Positions 8,342-16,376 of a stretch of 27,870 nt of DNA are shown here, piece by piece (position 1 is the first letter of the stretch; each line of letters starts with the position of its first letter). The position numbers and the translations under genes are program-made. Source of the DNA: Candidatus Bipolaricaulota bacterium (lineage in GTDB: Bacteria > Bipolaricaulota > Bipolaricaulia > RBG-16-55-9 > DRXL01); NCBI GenBank assembly GCA_041641035.1, contig JBEPZC010000001.1, positions 1 through 27,870 on the forward strand, written 5' to 3'. The notes beneath the pieces were generated by a model. It had not been told where the DNA came from. It saw only the letters and a program-made list of their open reading frames with translations, and did no database searches.

Positions 8342-9128
8342 GACGCCTCCTTAACCATCGAATGATGTCGAGACTGACATGGAGCACGAACAGAGCGGTA
8401 AACACTCCCAGAAAAGCGATATAAAAAATCCGCACAATGTATACCCCAGGTGAGACGCTCAACTTGGCTTCGACGTGGACCTTGCCCTTGAGCAGATTCG
8501 CGCTCACGTGGGGATGGCATTGCCCGCACGTCTGCACGAGATTGTTGGGATGGATCGACGAATGGGGATCGGATGCGGCTAAGATCAGATGGCTCCCGTG
8601 GCAACTGGAGCAATTGGCTGCAATGAGATTGCCGTATTTGACGGAGAGACCATGATAGCTCCCCCAGTACGTTGAATAGCGACGGGTAGCAATGCCGAAA
8701 CGCTCGGAGAGCCCGGAGTTCTCATGGCAGCGTCCGCAGGTCTGCGGGAGATTGCGCACGAAGACCTGGGAGCGTGGGTCGGCTTTCGAGAAGATCGCGT
8801 GAGCCGAATGGCAATCGGTGCAGCGGGCGGCCTCTCCGATCCCTTGAGCGCGGGCTTGACCGTGCACGCTCCTTTGATATTGCTGAACTTGGTCAAGATG
8901 ACAGCCCGCGCACGCCTGAGCCGTCAGCCGGCTGGGCCGCTGCTCATGAGGGATGCCCTGGACGTCGCTATGACAGACGGTGCACGCGAGATCTCGGTGC
9001 ACAGAGCCTTCGAACGCTGCGCGATCGAAAGTCTCGGTGTGACAATCCCAACACTCTGTGGGCTGTCGCGCGACAGCTGGTGCAGAAGCCAGCACGAGCA
9101 GTATCCCAACGAACGTGATCGAGCGCAT
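8331..9128 (-). CDS. Heptaheme c-type cytochrome with signal peptide and C-terminal TM anchor
   Basis: 7 CxxCH; shorter paralog of 6573..7637. Confidence 0.88.
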   Translation of the reverse strand: MRSITFVGILLVLASAPAVARQPTECWDCHTETFDRAAFEGSVHRDLACTVCHSDVQGIPHEQRPSRLTAQACAGCHLDQVQQYQRSVHGQARAQGIGEAARCTDCHSAHAIFSKADPRSQVFVRNLPQTCGRCHENSGLSERFGIATRRYSTYWGSYHGLSVKYGNLIAANCSSCHGSHLILAASDPHSSIHPNNLVQTCGQCHPHVSANLLKGKVHVEAKLSVSPGVYIVRIFYIAFLGVFTALFVLHVSLDIIRWLRRRHAQ

Positions 9129-9171
9129 AAACTCCCCAATTCAGTTGTAGCCGAACGGCGCAACTTGTGCT

Positions 9172-9207
9172 ATGATACAGATCGGGGGAAAAGATGAGAT
9201 ACGTCAT
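9172..9207. promoter_or_regulatory. Tandem Crp/Fnr-like boxes, putative internal promoter
   Basis: ATGATACAGATCGG (9172) and ATGAGATACGTCAT (9194, within AAGATGA-N6-TCATCTT), 22 bp apart, in an 80-bp gap of an otherwise overlapping gene string. Confidence 0.6.
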
Positions 9208-9208
9208 C

Positions 9209-11020
9209 TTAAAAATCCGTATGGCACTTGAGGCAATCTCCCCTTTGGGGGGGCACGTCGCTGGCGTGACACTGAGCGCAGAATTCATGGCCCATCTGGG
9301 GAACGCCTCGCCCGGAACGTAAGAAGTCTAAGTGACTCTCCTGGGTGACGTTCTCATGACAGATCGCGCAGTTTACGCCCAGAGAGATATGCTGTTCATG
9401 AGGGAATCTCACGAGCTTGGAGCGAGAGGGGATCTGCGCTTGATGGCATTGGAAACAGTCTTGTGATGTGAGCTGAGCCATGCGCTCGGCGGTAGGATGA
9501 CATGTGGCACAAGAGAGCTTTTGCACACCGTGCTGAGGCTCGCGATAGCTTGCTTCTTGATGGCACTGGGTGCATTCTAAGCCGCGACGCACCACGTGGG
9601 GTTCGTGCCGGAATGTGCCATCCGATGTCTCAGAAGAGATCGTCACTGCGCTCAGATGGCACGCGGTGCATTTGGTCTGATAAGGAGCTTGCACCCACGG
9701 GGCCGTCAGGGGATCTTCCAAGCCAACTTCTGTGAGGGCTTGTTGGAGATCTTCGTAGGCTTTCCACAGCAGTGCGGAGGCGTAGCCGGGGTTGTGCACC
9801 GCGTGAGCCTTCTCCACAAAGAGAATGTTCTCTTCAGCGCGCTGCACGCGCTGCTGTGCAGACTGTGGGACCGCACCCTCGAACGCAGCGAGGATGGGCT
9901 TCACGTGAGCGAGCAGTTCTTTGGTCTTCTGGAGCCGGTGGGAGAGGGTCGTCTGCCAATCTTGATATATTCTGAAAAACTGCGCGCCATGACAAGACAT
10001 GCAGCTCACGTCGGAGGCGAGCCGACGCCCCTCATGGGAGACGATATGACAGCTTTCGCACCGCACCCCCGCAAGATACATCGCGGCGGACTGAGGCGCG
10101 ACCCCCTTGCCCCCGATCCCTACATAGAGATCGCGCTGGGGGGAGTGTCCGCCCCCAACATGACACGTCTCGCACGACGTCGCGATCACTTCCAGCTCCT
10201 TGGGAATCTTGTGCTGGATCTCCAAATGACAATTGAGACAGTCGACTTTGTGCTCGGTGACGTGCATGCGGTGCAGCAGCTCGACGTCGCTGATCCGCGC
10301 TAGACGGGCAGGGTCGTTATGGCACGTAAAGCAGCGCTCTTGGGGGACGTCACCGTCGCCTTTGACGACGTTATTATGGCAGAGCGTGCACTCCATCCCC
10401 AAGCGCTTCACCTCCGCGTGATCGAACGAGAGCCCCGCTGTAGTGATAAGCTTTTCTGGGACTTCGTGACAGATCGTGCAGCGGGCCGTGCCCTCGTTCA
10501 GTCTCGTGTCTTTGAAGTGACAGAGAAAGCAGGTGCTCTCGGTCACAGCGATGTGCTGCCCTTGAACGATTTGGGAGTGACAGCTTGTGCAGCGCAGCTT
10601 CTTCTCGCGGCGCATCTCTAACAGATGGGGCCGATGGTCGAAGAGCACGTTTTGGAAGACCTCGCGCCCAACTAATAGGCGTTGCTCGTGGCAGCCGGGG
10701 CGCAAGCACGCCTCGTCGGAGATCTCAGCCCAAGGATTAGTCCCATAGGTGCCCGTAAAGTATTTCACGACCATGGAGAGGGCTTCGTATTTCTTCTGAA
10801 GCTCTGCGGTGATCCCCGGCGGGATATGACATTCGACGCAGGGGACGTCATTATGGGTCGAGGTCTTCCACGACTCATAGTAGGGTTTCATAATGTGACA
10901 CGTCCCGCAGAACGCGGGCTGAGAGCTCGTCTGCATCCCTACAAACGCCGCTGCGATCCCCACCGGCACGAAGATCAGCGCGACCTGCAGCGATCTCAAT
11001 CCCCACGTCTTCCATCTCAT
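9209..11020 (-). CDS. 19-heme c-type cytochrome (paralog A) with N-terminal TM anchor and NapC/NirT/NrfH-like domain
   Basis: 18 CxxCH plus CLRPGCH (CX4CH). TSSQPAFCGTCHIMKPYYESWKTSTHNDVPCVECH. Colinear with 3984..5723. Confidence 0.9.
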   Translation of the reverse strand: MRWKTWGLRSLQVALIFVPVGIAAAFVGMQTSSQPAFCGTCHIMKPYYESWKTSTHNDVPCVECHIPPGITAELQKKYEALSMVVKYFTGTYGTNPWAEISDEACLRPGCHEQRLLVGREVFQNVLFDHRPHLLEMRREKKLRCTSCHSQIVQGQHIAVTESTCFLCHFKDTRLNEGTARCTICHEVPEKLITTAGLSFDHAEVKRLGMECTLCHNNVVKGDGDVPQERCFTCHNDPARLARISDVELLHRMHVTEHKVDCLNCHLEIQHKIPKELEVIATSCETCHVGGGHSPQRDLYVGIGGKGVAPQSAAMYLAGVRCESCHIVSHEGRRLASDVSCMSCHGAQFFRIYQDWQTTLSHRLQKTKELLAHVKPILAAFEGAVPQSAQQRVQRAEENILFVEKAHAVHNPGYASALLWKAYEDLQQALTEVGLEDPLTAPWVQAPYQTKCTACHLSAVTISSETSDGTFRHEPHVVRRGLECTQCHQEASYREPQHGVQKLSCATCHPTAERMAQLTSQDCFQCHQAQIPSRSKLVRFPHEQHISLGVNCAICHENVTQESHLDFLRSGRGVPQMGHEFCAQCHASDVPPQRGDCLKCHTDF

Positions 11021-12174
11021 AGGCGCTCACCCCGCCGCTCCCGCAACACAAGGGAGATCACGATGATCAGCAAGAGCAAGAAGACCCACACGAGCGTCAG
11101 TCCCAAAAGCCGAATGGTGAAGACCCCCTGCAGGCTATGGAGGCCGCCGCGCACGTCGTCGGCGATGGACTTGGCGCGGCGCGTCAGCTCCTCAATGTGC
11201 GCTATATCTAAAGAATGCTGCACCGGCAACGCTTGCAGAAAGTACGAGCGGGCTTCTATCACTCTAGAGCGATACGCTGAGACATCGACGGCTTTCTGCT
11301 GGGCTTGTTCAAGAAGATATGTCGCCTCCTTGAGAGATTCTTCAGCCGTAAGAAGGAGCGTCTTGATCTTCTGGCCCACGAGCTGTTCTTTGGAGTTTGC
11401 ACGATGACAATTCGTGCATGTTGTATCGAAGAGCTTGCGATCGGCCGGCTCGATGGTGTGGCTGCCGTGGCAGCTGGTGCATTCGGAGATCCTCAATTCG
11501 TCCATGGGCTTTTTGTGGGGGCCGGCGTCGAAGTACGACCGCTCGGTGATATGACACATCCCGCAGACCTTGGAGACGTTTTCGACACCCGGGGGCGCGG
11601 TGCCGTGCGCGCCGTGGCACGTGGCGCATGTGGGCGCCTTGATATTCCCTGCTTCGATGGCCTGGCTATGTACGCTGCGATCACGCTGAGGGTGACACTG
11701 CGCGCACGTGCCGGGGATATTTTCAGGGTGCACTGGGCTGCGCGGCTCCCACGCCGGAAGAACTCTATGAGCTGTGTGACAGTCCGAGCAAACAGCAACG
11801 GTGGTATTCCCTTGGGCAAGGAGTTTGCCGTGCTGCGACGTCTGATATTCGGCGTACTGATCGGTGCGCAGCCCGTAGGGCTTCATCTTGATGGGATCGC
11901 TGTGGCACGACGCGCAGAGTTCTGGGATCTCCGCGCGCTGGGGCGTGCCACGAAAGAACGCCTCGAGCGCATGAGCTGCCCGCGGGTCAAGCACGGTAGA
12001 GTCGCCGCCGTGGCATTCAACACACGTCACAGCGAACGCCGCATGCACGCTCTCCAGATAATCTACCTTGATCTCGCTGTGACAGACCAAACACGAATTC
12101 TGCTCTTGAGCTGCGTGCGCTTGCCCCCCAAGGGCGAGCGCAAGCATTGCCCCTATGAAGAGACGCGACACCAT
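11017..12174 (-). CDS. Nonaheme c-type cytochrome with signal peptide and C-terminal TM helix; presumed cytochrome c subunit of the Rieske/cytb complex
   Basis: 9 CxxCH, signal ending AHA, long helical region, then C-terminal TM. Start moved from 12270 to ATG 12174 (GTG 12180 also possible). Confidence 0.85.
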   Translation of the reverse strand: MVSRLFIGAMLALALGGQAHAAQEQNSCLVCHSEIKVDYLESVHAAFAVTCVECHGGDSTVLDPRAAHALEAFFRGTPQRAEIPELCASCHSDPIKMKPYGLRTDQYAEYQTSQHGKLLAQGNTTVAVCSDCHTAHRVLPAWEPRSPVHPENIPGTCAQCHPQRDRSVHSQAIEAGNIKAPTCATCHGAHGTAPPGVENVSKVCGMCHITERSYFDAGPHKKPMDELRISECTSCHGSHTIEPADRKLFDTTCTNCHRANSKEQLVGQKIKTLLLTAEESLKEATYLLEQAQQKAVDVSAYRSRVIEARSYFLQALPVQHSLDIAHIEELTRRAKSIADDVRGGLHSLQGVFTIRLLGLTLVWVFLLLLIIVISLVLRERRGERL

Positions 12175-12176
12175 AG

Positions 12177-13151
12177 TCACCAGCGCCACCCATAAGCGGC
12201 CAACAAAGCGACAGCAGCTATGCCGAGCATTCCCAACCCCCAGGCGACCCAACTGTTGCGCCCCAGCCACGGCGCGGCTAAGAGCCCCAGTACCCCCAAG
12301 GCGGCTCCAGCGACCCCAGCAGCCTTAGGGATGAGCCTTAACAGCCCATAGGCAGGCAGAAAGTACCACGGGGGCTTGACGCTCTCATACGTGAGCGGAT
12401 CGGCCCGATCACTCAACTCCCTAGGAAAGATCACAGCGAGCGTGAGCACGATCCCAAAGCTCAGCACCACCCAGATCAAGCCGCTCAATATGACATCAGC
12501 ATATGTCTGGGGTGAACGTGTGAGCTGTGTTCTGTGGAAAAGCCCTTGACGGCTCACTAAATACAGATGAGCCATCACCAAGCCGATAGCCACCCAAGGC
12601 AGCAGCCCCACATGGAAGACATAGAATCGCAGGAGCGCTCCAGCGCCCAGTTCCGTGCCGCCCCACAAGAAGTATAGAATCGCTCTTCCCACAAGCGGCA
12701 CGCCCGCGATGACACGCCGCACAGCATCGGTGCTCCAGAACGCCTTTTGATCCCAGACCAGCAGCGTCCCCGTGAACGCGAACGCCCCCACCACTAACAG
12801 AAGCAAGACCCCGACGACCCAGTTCAGCTCGCGCTCTCGATACGCTTCGTGAAAGTAGACTCTTACGAGATGGACCAAAACTAAGAGTATAAAGAGCTGC
12901 GCTCCCCAGCGATGGATCTCGTGAACCAGCCAGCCTAACTGCACGTCATTCATAATATACAGAACGCTCTCATAGGCTTCGTCGACCGAGGGGCGATAGT
13001 AGACCATCAGCAATATCCCCGTCGTGATTTCAAGGAAGAGCAACCAGAGGGTCAGCCCACCAAGGATATGCCAAGTGTTGAGCTGCTGAGGGGCGGGCTG
13101 GCGTAGCTCCGCACGAAGAAGTTCTCTCACGCGAGCGAACGCGCTCATCAT
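12177..13151 (-). CDS. qcrB: Cytochrome b of a Rieske/cytb (bc-type) complex, subunit IV region fused
   Basis: LGGLTL...TGILLMVYYRP, HEIHRWGA...VHLVRV, RFYVFHV...AHL (four heme b His) and a PEWY-equivalent KPPWYF. Confidence 0.92.
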   Translation of the reverse strand: MMSAFARVRELLRAELRQPAPQQLNTWHILGGLTLWLLFLEITTGILLMVYYRPSVDEAYESVLYIMNDVQLGWLVHEIHRWGAQLFILLVLVHLVRVYFHEAYRERELNWVVGVLLLLVVGAFAFTGTLLVWDQKAFWSTDAVRRVIAGVPLVGRAILYFLWGGTELGAGALLRFYVFHVGLLPWVAIGLVMAHLYLVSRQGLFHRTQLTRSPQTYADVILSGLIWVVLSFGIVLTLAVIFPRELSDRADPLTYESVKPPWYFLPAYGLLRLIPKAAGVAGAALGVLGLLAAPWLGRNSWVAWGLGMLGIAAVALLAAYGWRW

Positions 13152-13606
13152 CCCTCCCCCGGGCCGATAAAGATTTCGCCTTGCACAGTGGAGACGCGCA
13201 GGCGTTTCAACGGACGACGCGGCGGGCCAGCTAAGACGTTCCCGTTGGCGTCAAACAGCCCTGCATGACAGGGGCAGCTCAGCGTCAGGCGCTTCTCGTC
13301 CCACTGGACAATGCAACCCTGATGAGTGCAGATCGCTGAGAGGGCCATCCAGCCCCCCTTCAGATGCAAGACCCAGACGGGCTCCCCGTCGAAGAGCACT
13401 TGCTTCCCTTTACCGATGGGGATTTCATCGAGGCGAGCGACACGCATCCGCCGCCGCGCAGGATTAAAAACCCTCCTCTCCGCGGGGAAGAGATACGCTA
13501 GGATAGCCCCTATTACACCGACAACGCCCACAGTGAGCGCACCTCCAAGGAGGTTGCTCAAGAAAGTCCTGCGCTCGTAGCCGCCTTGAGCTTCCTTTTC
13601 GTTCAT
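13148..13606 (-). CDS. qcrA: Rieske [2Fe-2S] protein
   Basis: Tat-like ERRTFL plus hydrophobic helix; SAICTHQGC and CPCHAGLFD boxes. Confidence 0.93.
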   Translation of the reverse strand: MNEKEAQGGYERRTFLSNLLGGALTVGVVGVIGAILAYLFPAERRVFNPARRRMRVARLDEIPIGKGKQVLFDGEPVWVLHLKGGWMALSAICTHQGCIVQWDEKRLTLSCPCHAGLFDANGNVLAGPPRRPLKRLRVSTVQGEIFIGPGEG

Positions 13607-13643
13607 AGCGCTCTATTCTAGTCGGTTTCTCGCGGTACAAGCT

Positions 13644-13679
13644 ATGATACATGGCATTTTTGAATATGATATCTATCAA
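13644..13679 (-). promoter_or_regulatory. Tandem Crp/Fnr-like boxes for the Rieske/cytb operon
   Basis: ATGATACATGGCAT (13644) and ATGATATCTATCAA (13666), 22 bp apart. Minus-strand -10 TAGAAT at 13620-13615. Confidence 0.6.
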
Positions 13680-13696
13680 CCAAGAAGAGCAAAAAG

Positions 13697-13760
13697 ATGA
13701 CGAAGCGCAGCTTCAATGCCGCTCTCCATCATAGCCCGATCTGATGCAGGCCGCTATACT
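13697..13760 (+). promoter_or_regulatory. Degenerate tandem boxes and -10 for the crp3-hao unit
   Basis: ATGACGAAGCGCAG (13697) and CCGCTCTCCATCAT (13719), each with one good half-site, 22 bp apart. TATACT at 13755-13760. Confidence 0.4.
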
Positions 13761-13784
13761 GAATTAACGTAAGGTGAAGTGAGC

Positions 13785-14510
13785 ATGGCTGCTCTCACAG
13801 ATCAGATACACCGATGCATGCTGTTTGAGCACCTGAGCGAGCGAGCGCTTGGAGAGCTGCGAAAACACATGCGGAAGATCACCTACGGGAAGGGGGATCT
13901 CATCTTTCAAGAGGGAGGTCCCTCAGCAGGGTTTTATATAGTGATCAGCGGGCTAGTGCAGTACGGGAAGCGCTCAGGGCAGCGTGGCCGACGACGCATC
14001 CTGAAGCTCTTAGGGCCAGGGGATTGCTTTGGGGAAGAGATGCTCTTTCAGCCCGAAGTCTGTCCATGTCCCGGCTATGCCCGTGCGCTCACGGAAACGG
14101 AGGTCATGTTCATCGAGCGTAGCGCTTTTATGGACCTCCTCAAACGCTATCCCTCTGTGGCCCATCGGTTGTGTGAGTATCTGACAAAACAACTACGAGT
14201 CTTCGAGTGCAAGCTGGTCGAACTGGCCTATGAGCCTGTGGAGCAGAATCTCATACGGCTGCTGCTCATTCTTACGGATCGCTTTGGGAAACGCACGAAA
14301 GAGGGCATCTCTCTCGAGATGCCGCTGAGCCGTCAAGAGCTGGCTGAACTGGTGGGGGTCCACTTAGATACAGTCATTCACGAATTGAGCAAGTTACGAG
14401 AGCAAGGCTTGATCGCGCTCAGCGATCACAAGATCGTCATCACAGAGCCTGAACGCCTGCGAGAGCGAGCGGAGCCGCAGACAACATGTCTGAGCGAGAA
14501 GCTCTTTTAA
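13785..14510 (+). CDS. Crp/Fnr family transcriptional regulator (Crp3)
   Basis: IFQEGGPSAGFYIVISGLVQ...GPGDCFGEE and HTH LSRQELAELVGVHLDTVIHELSKL. ATG 13785 is preferred over GTG 13779 for its spacing from AAGGTG. Confidence 0.9.
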   Translation: MAALTDQIHRCMLFEHLSERALGELRKHMRKITYGKGDLIFQEGGPSAGFYIVISGLVQYGKRSGQRGRRRILKLLGPGDCFGEEMLFQPEVCPCPGYARALTETEVMFIERSAFMDLLKRYPSVAHRLCEYLTKQLRVFECKLVELAYEPVEQNLIRLLLILTDRFGKRTKEGISLEMPLSRQELAELVGVHLDTVIHELSKLREQGLIALSDHKIVITEPERLRERAEPQTTCLSEKLF

Positions 14511-14540
14511 GCAATACCAAAGGAGAAGGAGGCAGACTCT

Positions 14541-15821
14541 ATGCGCAGAAAAGATGTACTATGGGTGATCGGGGTAGGGATGGTGCTTGTGGGAGCCTTT
14601 GCGCTCTGGACGGGATGGGGGATCCTTCAGCCGGAACACCCCTCCTCTGAGACGACCGATCTGTGTATAGACTGTCATAAGGACGTGACGCCGCAACTCG
14701 TGAGAGATTTTCAGCAGAGTAAGAAGTACGCCATAGGTATTCGCTGTGAGGCGTGTCATGGTGGGGAGCACACAAGCGCTACAGATGTGGCCAAAGCCCA
14801 GATCCCCACGCCAGAGACGTGTGGGGGATGCCACCCAGATCGCGTCGAGCAATTTCAAGCGGGCAAGCACGCGTTCGCATGGGCCGCGATGAACGCCATG
14901 CCCACAACCCACATGCAGCCTATGGAGCTGATGGAGGGCAAGAAGGGCTGTGGCGGGTGCCATAAGATCGGCCTCAAGACCGAAGAAGAGATTCAAGCGA
15001 TGCGATCCGCCGGTGAGATTCACGGGCTGGCATCGTGCGATTCGTGCCATACGCGCCACTCGTTCTCCGTGGAAGAAGCTCGCCAGCCCGAAGCCTGCGC
15101 TACTTGTCATATGGGCTTCGATCATCCCCATTGGGAGATGTGGAGCACCTCCAAGCATGGGGTACGATTCGCTCTGAAGCGCCAGGGCGTGCTCCCCCAA
15201 GACGCCGCTGCGCCAAGCTGCCAGACGTGTCACATGCCTGATGGCAACCATGAGGTGCGCGCCGCGTGGGGGTTCTTAGCTGTGCGGCTCCCCTTGCCCG
15301 ACGACAAAGAATGGGCCGAAGACCGTGTGACGATCTTGAAAGCCCTGGGCGTTCTCGATCCAGAGGGCAATCCCACGGCGCGACTCGACGTGGTCAAAGC
15401 TGCCGACGTTGTGCGCTTGACCCAAGAAGCCTGGCAGGCCGAGCGCGACAAGATGCTCTCCATCTGCTCACAGTGCCACGCCAAGGTCTTCGCTCAGGCT
15501 GAGCTAGAGAAGGGCGATAGAATCATCCGAGAAGCAGATCGTCTCTTGGCCGAGGGCATCCGCATCGTGGCCAAGCTCTACGAAGATGGGCTTTTGAAGA
15601 AGCCAGAGCACTTTGCGTACAACTATCCCGATCTGTTGGCATTCTATGAAGTCAGCCACCCTATCGAGCAAGCGCTCTTCAAGATGTTCTTAGAGTATAG
15701 AATGCGCACGTTCCAAGGGGCGTTCCATACCAACCCAGACTACACCTTCTGGTATGGCTGGGCGGAGATGAAGGCCTCGCTCACGGAGATCAAGACGTGG
15801 GAGAAAGAGCTGCGCCGGTGA
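14541..15821 (+). CDS. Octaheme cytochrome c, hydroxylamine oxidoreductase (HAO)-like family
   Basis: 8 CxxCH with HAO-type context: CDSCHTRHSFSVEEARQPEACATCHMGFDHPHWEMWSTSKHG and FHTNPDYTFWYGW. N-terminal TM/signal. Confidence 0.85.
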   Translation: MRRKDVLWVIGVGMVLVGAFALWTGWGILQPEHPSSETTDLCIDCHKDVTPQLVRDFQQSKKYAIGIRCEACHGGEHTSATDVAKAQIPTPETCGGCHPDRVEQFQAGKHAFAWAAMNAMPTTHMQPMELMEGKKGCGGCHKIGLKTEEEIQAMRSAGEIHGLASCDSCHTRHSFSVEEARQPEACATCHMGFDHPHWEMWSTSKHGVRFALKRQGVLPQDAAAPSCQTCHMPDGNHEVRAAWGFLAVRLPLPDDKEWAEDRVTILKALGVLDPEGNPTARLDVVKAADVVRLTQEAWQAERDKMLSICSQCHAKVFAQAELEKGDRIIREADRLLAEGIRIVAKLYEDGLLKKPEHFAYNYPDLLAFYEVSHPIEQALFKMFLEYRMRTFQGAFHTNPDYTFWYGWAEMKASLTEIKTWEKELRR

Positions 15822-15939
15822 GCCCATAAGGCCCTCACCCTGCCCTTCAGAGCAAGGGCTCTGATCTTCGTCATATTTCCCTCCGGCCCATAGCGCACCT
15901 TTTGCTCGAAAAGCGCGGATTTTGCACTTCCCTATATCC

Positions 15940-16000
15940 TAGACACGCTTCTTCTCTTTATTACAATAATATTTGCATATTTTCAAAAACTAGAAAATAT
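15940..16000 (+). promoter_or_regulatory. Sigma70-like promoter and inverted-repeat operator upstream of arsR
   Basis: TAGACA (15940)-N16-TACAAT (15962), followed by ATATTTTC-N8-GAAAATAT (15977-16000) in an AT-rich patch. Confidence 0.55.
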
Positions 16001-16013
16001 CGGGAATGATGGA

Positions 16014-16376
16014 ATGGAAGATGAACTTACAGTGCTGCAGGCCCACATGTGCAAGGTGCTTGCGCACCCCAAGCGCCTGCGGATTATCTATGCCCTGCGC
16101 ACGGGCGAACGCAGCGTCGGGGAGCTTGTTCAAGAACTCAAGCTTCCGTATGCCAATCTCTCCCAGCACTTGCGCGTATTGCTGGAGGCCAGACTGGTCG
16201 AGGTACGCCATCATGGACGATATAAATATTATTATCTCTCGATCCCGCAGATCGCTGAAGCGTGCGATCTCGTGCGCCGAGTGTTGCGGGAGCGTCTGAC
16301 ACAACTTGGAAAGTTGGCACAAGCCAACAATAAAAGAGAAAAAGAGAAAGAAAAGAAAGGAGGTGAATCTCGATGA
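16014..16376 (+). CDS. ArsR/SmtB family transcriptional regulator
   Basis: CKVLAHPKRLRIIYAL...SVGELV...ANLSQHLRVLLEARLV winged HTH; Cys13 and Cys84. Confidence 0.92.
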   Translation: MEDELTVLQAHMCKVLAHPKRLRIIYALRTGERSVGELVQELKLPYANLSQHLRVLLEARLVEVRHHGRYKYYYLSIPQIAEACDLVRRVLRERLTQLGKLAQANNKREKEKEKKGGESR

